Part shown: piece after piece, positions 1-6,171 of the stretch
Numbering within the stretch: position 1 is the first letter of the stretch
Layout: each line of letters begins with the position of its first letter
Assembly (NCBI GenBank): GCA_018985225.1
Contig: JADGIF010000603.1
Coordinates: forward strand, 1 to 6,171
Source of the DNA: Amoeboradix gromovi X-113
Taxonomy: Eukaryota; Fungi; Sanchytriomycota
Length of the DNA: 6,171 bases
Direction: 5' to 3'
Notes under the pieces: generated by a model
Told to the model about the DNA's origin: nothing
The model's database searches: none
What the model saw: only the letters and a program-made list of their open reading frames with translations
Program-made: the position numbers and the translations under genes

Positions 1-13
1 TAGGTGAAGAAAT

Positions 14-100
14 ATGGGACACTGCTGTGAAAAGTTCAACTGGGTAAATCTCGTCACCCGTTTTTTACCCCCAGTCTACTTTTTACAGAGTGTGTCCCAT
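14..100. repeat. Long imperfect inverted repeat (hairpin or possible MITE-like element); may extend to 1-106
   Basis: Complementary arm segments: ATGGGACAC 14-22 / GTGTCCCAT 92-100; CTGTGAAAAGT 25-35 / ACTTTTTACAG 78-88 (one G-T); ACTGG 39-43 / CCAGT 71-75; GGGTAAA 42-48 / TTTACCC 64-70. Loop is about 15 nt. Confidence 0.8.
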
Positions 101-628
101 CACTAGATTATTAATAATAAACTTATTTAATAATCTATTAAACAGAAAGGGGCAATCGGTCTGTGTAATCAATTCGTCCTTGGTAAAGATAATGAGCAAA
201 GTCGACCACACTGAATTGTTCAAACTTTTGCAGTGTTTAAAATAAATGATGTGGTAATCATATTTAATATTGCGTTTCGAGTAGAAACCAAAGGCATTTA
301 AAATCTTACCAGACTTTATCAATGACGCTAAAGTGATCTCTTAGCCGATTAAATTCCAAATAGGCTACAGAGACAACATGCAAAATCATTTCAACTTTAG
401 AGTGTTAATCGACTCATTGTGAAGATCAAGTTGGCTGAGTACTATAGCCTTTACAGGTGTCTAGAAGTAGACTAAATAACCAGAGCAAACTCAAACAAAT
501 CACGCCTTTGGACGGAAAAATCCTGCTTTCGCTTGAGTGCTACTATATAATCTTAGCCACATCCATCCGTCTTTGAATACAAACCATTAGCAATCAAAAC
601 TCTTTGGCTAGAAAAAGATTTATTATAG

Positions 629-2032
629 TTATTTGTCAATCCTTGCATCCAGCCAAGTCTTAACATACTGCAAAACATTCTCAGGTGTATTTATCACCTT
701 GTACTTGACGTTCTTTTCTGCTACGTAGCCAAAGCTAGTGCAGCCTTTCTCATCCTTAGTAAATGGCAAATCACCAGTAACATTAGTTAATGGACCATCT
801 GCATATAATATCTTACTAAAATGGTGAGTTTCCAGCCCACTGCGGTGCTTTGCTTGATTTGCATGAAAGAAGCGAGGCACATCATTGAAAAGATGGAGCA
901 TTCCCAAACCACAAAATAGCTGCTTGTCTTCGCTATTAACCATAAATCCGATCAATATGAACATCTGAGGTGATACATAATACAGCTTGTTAAGTAGCAG
1001 TGAAGAAATTCGAAATAAATCTTTATCACCCCAAAAGATGTAAGACGTCCAGAACCTGTTCAACATGAGCCTAGTCATAAGCTGCAATGTATCTTCATGT
1101 TTCTCTTTATCTATTAGTAGCTGACCTGCCTCTATTTCCCAGTCATAAAAACATTTTATTTTGTCTCTAAATATTTCAAATATGGGATTATTTGGAGATA
1201 TTTTCCATATATCCATCCATTGCAATAATCCTGTACTCTTATATTCAGTACTTGCGAAGAGATCATCTGGATTAAACAGCGGAAAATCATCACCATCCAA
1301 AAACAGGATATGCTGCAGCTTGCTAACTATCATGGCGATAGGTTTTAGTTGATAGTTCCTAGCATATGCACCTGTCACAACTGGGTCCCATTTCTGTCCA
1401 TCTTCGTATGGTATTTTTAAATCAAAGATTAAATTTAGTTTTAAATCAAAAACACGAGCTTGAGGAATAGAGTGCAGCAGTGCAACTTGGTTGTCTGATA
1501 GCTCATGGTAGTGGTATATTTCTATTACATCTTTCCATCCCATCAACACTAATAATTTGATATTTACGAGCACCAAATTAAAATTATGAAGATCACACAA
1601 TATAATGATTCCTCGCAATCCCGCAATGTAGTCCAGTCTATTAAATGGTTTCATGGCAATTTGCAGTAACTCCCTTCCTTTATCTATTACTTGGCCTGGG
1701 TATCTCCACAATTTGGGATCTGTCCATCTTGCGGGCATTGGATGAGGGTTGGCCTGTCCAATTGAAAGTGTGCGAGTGCACTTATCTGTTATATTTAGCT
1801 GATACTCTAGTTCGTTAGTCAACCTAATGTTAATCTTGAAGTTTTGAAATGATGTCGTTTGTGGTTTATTTGATGTCGGCGTACTTTTGGACCGTATATC
1901 CAACAATAGCTTTGTTGGATAATTATGGGAAAGGATCCTGAGAAACAGCACTGACGCTATCCCCAAAAATAGTATAACACGCTGAACAGAAATCATTAAA
2001 ATTGGAGGTTCGGGGTACAGCGTTTGGCACAT
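629..2032 (-). CDS. Glycosyltransferase family 71 alpha-mannosyltransferase (MNN2/MNN5/MNN1-like, Mannosyl_trans3), type II membrane protein
   Basis: 467-aa ORF with an N-terminal hydrophobic anchor (VILFLGIASVLFLRIL) and an S/T/K-rich stem. GT71-type motifs occur in the expected order: GIIIL, IEIY, YQLKPIAM, DxD motif in LFLDGDDFP, TGLLQWMDIW (cf. G.LFWPDFW), EIEAGQLLIDKEKH (cf. E.ESGQL.IDK..H), WGDKDLF (cf. GDK(D/E)TF), FFHAN. The true start could be the second Met at 1996. Confidence 0.9.
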   Translation of the reverse strand: MCQTLYPEPPILMISVQRVILFLGIASVLFLRILSHNYPTKLLLDIRSKSTPTSNKPQTTSFQNFKINIRLTNELEYQLNITDKCTRTLSIGQANPHPMPARWTDPKLWRYPGQVIDKGRELLQIAMKPFNRLDYIAGLRGIIILCDLHNFNLVLVNIKLLVLMGWKDVIEIYHYHELSDNQVALLHSIPQARVFDLKLNLIFDLKIPYEDGQKWDPVVTGAYARNYQLKPIAMIVSKLQHILFLDGDDFPLFNPDDLFASTEYKSTGLLQWMDIWKISPNNPIFEIFRDKIKCFYDWEIEAGQLLIDKEKHEDTLQLMTRLMLNRFWTSYIFWGDKDLFRISSLLLNKLYYVSPQMFILIGFMVNSEDKQLFCGLGMLHLFNDVPRFFHANQAKHRSGLETHHFSKILYADGPLTNVTGDLPFTKDEKGCTSFGYVAEKNVKYKVINTPENVLQYVKTWLDARIDK

Positions 2033-2434
2033 GTGGATGTGTCAAATTGGCATTAGAGACAACTAAAGCGGATTAGAAATCGGATTAAAATACTTATTAA
2101 ATATATACTAGTGTGATGCTCTTTCTGCATTAAATCTCCTACTGCAGAGAGTGCTATTTCTAACTTTTTGAATGGCAATGAGTAACTAAAAGTGCATCTT
2201 TGACATTCTAGACAGCATGGTACCCACTACAATAACTGTGGAGCTTGTCTATCCCTTCATTTTCAATAAAAGTTTCTACTCATATTTCTTTGTTAATATT
2301 CCCTCATGTATTGATCGCAAGTTGTTGTAGTTTGGACACTCGTGTAGAAATAAAGCTTGTGAAATTTATATGTAAAGATACTTGAAAATCTGGATGTGAA
2401 TTTGGCTTAAGATTTGTGTAATTTCAAATTTATT

Positions 2435-2980
2435 TTATCGACCCCTGATGGTGCTTTTTGAAGGCAGAGCTGGTTTAACAGTGTGCCTCAAAGGCGAAAC
2501 TGGGCGTCCAACAAGTATCATCAAATTGCGTGGAACTTGTAAACCAAATCTGTTTCTGTACCCAGGCTCCCATCCAGGTGAGTGATTCCTGATTAATGGG
2601 TTTTCTTTCCATCTGGTTTGTTCTATCTCTGGGCCTTTCAGCAAATTCTTGTATTCCGGGATATCTTTTAATGTTTGAAAGATTCTTTGTGATTCAGCAA
2701 ATTCTGCTTGGTTTCTAATTTTGTTAAACTCCTGGAATAGGGTATTCTCCAACTGCAGTGCATATTCTTGAAATAACCACTTTTTTAACTCACTTAACTT
2801 TCCATCACTTGATAAATTATCGGTTTTAATGGGATTTGTGTTTAAATTTTCCGGTATTTCTACTCCAATGCTCTGCAGGACTTGCTTAAAAACATTGATT
2901 TCATGCAGACCAAAAGCTTCTTTGGTGGGAGTGCTAATTGATATAGCATGTTGTATCCAGAGAAAACAAAGAAATTTCAT
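2435..2980 (-). CDS. Hypothetical protein, probably secreted
   Basis: 181-aa ORF with an ATG start in A-rich context (TTGAAATG). The N-terminus looks like a signal peptide (MKFLCFLWIQHAIS). The middle is helical and E/K/Q/L-rich, and the tail is P/R/G-rich. No family recognised. Confidence 0.7.
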   Translation of the reverse strand: MKFLCFLWIQHAISISTPTKEAFGLHEINVFKQVLQSIGVEIPENLNTNPIKTDNLSSDGKLSELKKWLFQEYALQLENTLFQEFNKIRNQAEFAESQRIFQTLKDIPEYKNLLKGPEIEQTRWKENPLIRNHSPGWEPGYRNRFGLQVPRNLMILVGRPVSPLRHTVKPALPSKSTIRGR

Positions 2981-3853
2981 TTCAATATTTTCTTATCTTC
3001 CACTTGAAATAGAAACACGGATTAAATAGTTCAATTAATGTTATTTGATTGGGCGCAGACTCGTTTCTCATATTAAGGGACCTAATTTCCTATCAAACCA
3101 CAGAGTTTTCAAAAAACTGAAAACTAGGCCGGCAGAATACAGCGGCTACCCACACGACTACTACCCTGACGAAGGATTAAATTGAGATGCGTTTATTTCA
3201 AGTACGAGTCCTAGCTGCGAAATGATCTCTCTATACTTAATGACAACAATTTACAGAAGCATTTTCTCCAAGTTGCTTCTCTTCATAGCACCCTACCCTG
3301 CACAGGTTTTACTAGTAATTACTTTGCTAAATTCTACCACAATATTTCTTGTGATGAAAAAACAGAATGTCCAGTTTTTCTCAATTAGAAAATAACAGAA
3401 ATAAGTACTTTTGGAATGATAAGAGGTCAAGTAATTGCTATAAAAGTGGTATTAAATTAAAATTGATTACTAAGATCTATATCTCTATGTAGAGAGACTA
3501 AATTCTTTGATTAATAAATGTCATTACTAAATCGCAAGTTTGCCTACTGTGCCGCTTTAGTATGGGATTAAACCTATCACGCTCAATTATTTTGGAAGAA
3601 AACTCAGAAGTATTGATTAGCATTTCCTGATATGCATGAATTGTTGAAATATTAGTCTAAACAACAATATCTAGCAATTTCTGGAAAGATATCAAAAAAC
3701 CTGATTTTTAAAATTATTTCTTGTACTCTTTTTAACGAACTTGATGACAGCGGGGTATATGCTTTGAAAAGTAAGTGATTAACCAGTAAACAAGGATGGT
3801 ATTCTTCGTAAAATGTGACGCGTAGGCTATCAAATAGTAAATTTATTTTATCT

Positions 3854-4456
3854 TTAATCTGCAAACTCTCGACTATAATCTCTCAACTTATCAATTGGTG
3901 CTGTGCAAGCACATTCAGCAGCTTGGATCAATGGATTGGCTTGTTTTTCCGAAGGATGAGGACGGGTTGGTGCTGACTCTTTAGCTGTTAAATAGTCATC
4001 TGCATAAGATGGGTCATTAAGTGGGTTCACTCCATTGCCAGTACAGTAAGAGACATCACTCATCTCCTTGATCAATTCTTCTTCTCTTGAGTCAACTGTG
4101 TTCAACAACTCCATCATCTGTGCCAACGTTCTTGAGAAATCAGGTTGGATAGGAACCATGGAATCCAAGTTACAAAGATCAGACTTAATCTGAGTGTGGG
4201 CTTCTTGAAGAGTGTTAAGTGCATCCCTTACGTCTTTCTTCATAGGGGCATTTGAAAGCAAATCCTTCATAATTGGATATACCACCATCTCTTCAGCTAC
4301 TAAACTGCGTGACAAATGTCTTACCAAGCTATTTTTAAATTTATTCTTTTCACTGGTCTCCGTTGAATTAGTTAAACTCTCAGACAAATTGGTAGAGTAT
4401 ACATGGTCTGCCCTCAACACCTGTAGAACATTGATGGGTTTACTTACTTCTGCCAT
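3854..4456 (-). CDS. Hemerythrin / HHE cation-binding domain protein (fungal/actinobacterial PTR(S/P)HPS type) with a degenerate metal site
   Basis: Motifs VLRADH, LSRSLVAEEMVVYP (cf. LARHS.AEE.VVYP), QEAHTQIK, REEE, AKESAPTRPHPS and APIDKLRD..REF match this HHE family. The first ATG (MAEV, 4456) has A-rich context ACAAATGG and gives 200 aa. The ORF track's start at 4534 is a GTG and is unlikely in a eukaryote. Confidence 0.85.
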   Translation of the reverse strand: MAEVSKPINVLQVLRADHVYSTNLSESLTNSTETSEKNKFKNSLVRHLSRSLVAEEMVVYPIMKDLLSNAPMKKDVRDALNTLQEAHTQIKSDLCNLDSMVPIQPDFSRTLAQMMELLNTVDSREEELIKEMSDVSYCTGNGVNPLNDPSYADDYLTAKESAPTRPHPSEKQANPLIQAAECACTAPIDKLRDYSREFAD

Positions 4457-4635
4457 TTGTAATATTGTTTTATGGAGTTTAAGTAGCGACCTAATTTTTA
4501 GTGCGGCATATGGACTCCATTCTAAAATACCCACTAGAAACTGAAAATTCCAATCAACCAGTTGCTCAAGTCATTGATGTTGTAGGAACCCAGAGGTGAG
4601 ATTGAATGTCAATCCAATCATTAGAAGTATTTGTT

Positions 4636-4778
4636 TCTACTCTTCCTTAAAAGTCCTGGTTTCCGAGAAAATCGAGAATTTCCACAGAAAAACTAGAAAC
4701 GCTAGATGCTCCGTTACAGTGATTGCTCACGTTTTCACTACTCTGAGGCGAGATAGAATAATGATGCATATAGTTGCA
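4636..4778 (-). ncRNA. Putative TnpB/Fanzor omegaRNA scaffold (copy 1)
   Basis: Lies immediately 3' of a RuvC-III-like motif. Predicted stems at 4741-4752, 4716-4741, 4661-4689 and 4639-4654 are all retained in copy 2. Homology ends abruptly at AGAGTAGA (minus strand). Confidence 0.55.
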
Positions 4779-4807
4779 TACATTACTTTCTGCTATATAA
4801 TCTCTAT
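4636..4807 (-). repeat. Copy 1 of a ~165-bp direct repeat: TnpB/Fanzor 3' end plus putative omegaRNA scaffold and transposon right end
   Basis: Aligns to 5507-5668 with about 33 mismatches over ~162 aligned positions, one 9-nt indel and one 1-nt indel (manual alignment). Confidence refers to the repeat itself. Confidence 0.9.
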
Positions 4808-4841
4808 TGTTGTACTTGTAGTACGAACAATTACAGATGAA
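4779..4841 (-). pseudogene. TnpB/Fanzor C-terminal fragment (Zn-ribbon remnant plus RuvC-III-like motif)
   Basis: Minus-strand frame from 4841 reads FICNCSYYKYNNRDYIAESNV, cf. the TnpB consensus F.C..CG...(D/N)RD.NAA.NI. The NRD..NV part is homologous to DRDHMAARNI in copy 2. Confidence 0.6.
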
Positions 4842-4869
4842 TTATTAAATAAATGGTTTACAGGTTTAT

Positions 4870-5013
4870 TTATCGTTGATGTCTTTCCAGGCATTGAAAG
4901 ACATCTAATTGTTCCATGTTTGGACCAGTTCCTCAGTGCTGATGAATGTATGCTGTAACTATTATTTATTTCTTTAGATTTGACATATTCGGGATTACAT
5001 CCATTGATTCCAT
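4870..5013 (-). pseudogene. IS607-family serine recombinase (TnpA) N-terminal MerR-like HTH fragment
   Basis: YVKSKEINNSYSIHSSALRNWSKHGTIRCLSMPG (4987-4886), then after skipping one base RHQR* (4884-4870). Compare IS607 TnpA Y....EA......S..TLRRW...GKI...RTPGGHRRY. Upstream ATGs (5013, 5004) are out of frame, and I found no catalytic YARVSS motif. Confidence 0.7.
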
Positions 5014-5506
5014 CTACCACTTGCGAAAAGGAAGAATATCGAGTATTTAAGCTATTAGAAAAGTCTTGAAATTATACAAAAATGCATACAAATTCGCGAT
5101 AAATGATTTATTTTACAAAATTCAATAGCTGCAATATGTTCTCCATCTACCGCAAATGACAGTTTATGCATATGTGTCTCCTAATTGGTTTTCCTCAATA
5201 TCTCACGCATCATGTGGTCAAATAAATGCTTCGTGACATTTCGCTAATTTACACAACAAAAACCCTAAGCTGTTCAATAATTATTCTGATAAAAATATTC
5301 GATTTATGACCGTACATGATGATGCAAAAGACGAAACTGCCATTTATGACTTAGCATAGTTTAGATTTTCCGACCATTGGAAGTAAAGACGTCTAGAGCT
5401 TTTATAGTGTTCACACCAATTTTGTTTGGAAAATGATAACTGTCTTAACATTATACATTATATTCTGATTCCTTTGAGACGCAAGACAAAACCATAAAAC
5501 GCTTCC

Positions 5507-5636
5507 TCTACTCTCATTAAAAGACGCGATTTCCATGAAAATCGAGATTCTCCATAGAGATATTAATTTCTCCATTACAGTGCTTGCTCACGCCTTCACT
5601 ACCCTGACGCGGGATCGAATAAGGATGCATATACTT
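5507..5636 (-). ncRNA. Putative TnpB/Fanzor omegaRNA scaffold (copy 2)
   Basis: Follows DRDHMAARNI*. Stems at 5602-5613, 5577-5602, 5532-5558 and 5511-5523 correspond to those in copy 1, two of them with compensatory pair changes. Confidence 0.55.
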
Positions 5637-5668
5637 TTATATATTCCTTGCTGCCATATGATCTCTAT
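5507..5668 (-). repeat. Copy 2 of the ~165-bp direct repeat (TnpB/Fanzor 3' end plus putative omegaRNA scaffold and right end)
   Basis: About 80% identical to 4636-4807 and in the same orientation. Confidence 0.9.
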
Positions 5669-5773
5669 CCGCACCAGTTTCGGAATGTGTATTATATCTA
5701 TTAGCTATTTTTTAGATCTGATAAATTTAAGACTGCGAGGTTAATAGCTACTTGTCATTGATGAATAGCGAGG
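5637..5773 (-). pseudogene. Degenerate TnpB/Fanzor nuclease C-terminus
   Basis: DRDHMAARNI* at 5669-5637 closely matches RuvC-III DRD.NAARNI. PRYSSMTSS (from 5773, different frame) resembles P.YTS.TCS and lies about 33 codons upstream, the usual spacing. Stops and frameshifts intervene. Confidence 0.65.
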
Positions 5774-6171
5774 ATATCCCGTGTTTATCCTATTCGAAGT
5801 CACTAGAAAAGAATAGAATTTAGATAAAAAAGATCTGTATTCTCAATAAATGGTTTACTCAATAAAATTCAGCATCAATTAGCTGCTCTTGTTTCTTTTT
5901 CACATAAACAGAAAGTTTATTCTTTTAATCGTTATTGAAAATACGCGAAGTCATATCTGAGTCATGTAACTCTACTATCTTTTGTTTGTATTCAAGTCAA
6001 AAATCAAATGAGCGAATTATCTACTATAACAAATATACACTAGGATACAAGTGGGACACCAAATATAAAAACTAGACTAACTCGTTTTTAAAGTAGGTGC
6101 TCCATACGGAGGAAATGCTATCATTAATAAAAGATCTTCTTCTATTATACTAATTTTCTTTCATTGATTGT

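Larger units (their letters stand above)
4636..5100 (-). mobile_element. Internally deleted, non-autonomous IS607-like (TnpA + TnpB/Fanzor) element
   Basis: The tnpA 5' fragment is joined within about 30 bp to the tnpB 3' fragment and the conserved right end, in the canonical IS607 gene order. The left boundary (about 5100) is a guess. Confidence 0.6.

Noticed and set aside
83-322. 79-aa minus-strand ORF
   Set aside because: Non-ATG start, AT-biased composition, no motif, and it overlaps the inverted repeat.
1161-1352. 63-aa plus-strand ORF
   Set aside because: Antisense to the GT71 gene.
2829-3029. 66-aa plus-strand ORF
   Set aside because: Antisense to the secreted-protein gene.
2046-3052. 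CCAAT boxes on the minus strand (2046-2050, 3048-3052)
   Set aside because: The 5-mer is too common to call without TSS data.
3652-3864. 70-aa minus-strand ORF overlapping the HHE stop
   Set aside because: TTG start and no motif; probably 3' UTR.
4212-4544. 110-aa plus-strand ORF
   Set aside because: Antisense to the HHE gene.
4647-4778. Open minus-strand frame running through the scaffold as a possible conserved protein tail (the 9-nt indel keeps frame)
   Set aside because: Copy 2 has TAA right after ARNI and most differences change the amino acid. An ancestral ORF/RNA overlap remains possible but is unsupported.
4596-4958. 120-aa plus-strand ORF, apparently paralogous to ORF 5535-5744
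   Set aside because: The similarity comes from the DNA repeat. Substitutions are spread over all codon positions, and the recognisable motifs are on the minus strand.
5281-5469. Short repeats TATTCTGAT (5282, 5461) and ATTTATGAC (5302, 5342)
   Set aside because: 9-mers in AT-rich DNA with no regular period.
4636-5668. CRISPR array interpretation of the repeat
   Set aside because: Only two ~165-bp diverged units about 700 bp apart, with no short regular repeat-spacer pattern and no cas genes.
5535-5744. 69-aa plus-strand ORF
   Set aside because: Antisense shadow of the TnpB end and putative omegaRNA.
4848-5858. Exact 14-mer AATAAATGGTTTAC at 4848-4861 and 5845-5858, the first copy near the tnpA/tnpB junction
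   Set aside because: AT-rich, with no flanking similarity; plausible by chance in 6 kb.

Overview
AT-rich window, probably from a eukaryotic genome such as a fungus or protist (inferred from the gene families). It holds three apparently intronless minus-strand genes: a GT71/MNN2-like alpha-mannosyltransferase (629-2032), a small predicted secreted protein of unknown function (2435-2980), and an HHE/hemerythrin-domain protein that seems to have lost two iron-binding His residues (3854-4456). The right-hand 1.5 kb is not explained by the ORF track and looks like a decayed IS607-TnpB/Fanzor (OMEGA) locus. It contains a frameshifted N-terminal HTH fragment of an IS607 serine recombinase (about 4870-5013) and two same-orientation copies of a ~165-bp element (4636-4807 and 5507-5668, ~80% identical by manual alignment). 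On the minus strand each copy starts at a TnpB/Fanzor RuvC-III-like motif (DRDHMAARNI or NRDYIAESNV), continues through conserved hairpins with compensatory changes, and ends sharply at AGAGTAGA before different flanking DNA. This is the layout expected of omegaRNA scaffolds with different guides. No intact nuclease or transposase is present in the window. A ~90-bp imperfect inverted repeat sits at the window start. All homology calls are from motif recognition by eye; no database search was run.
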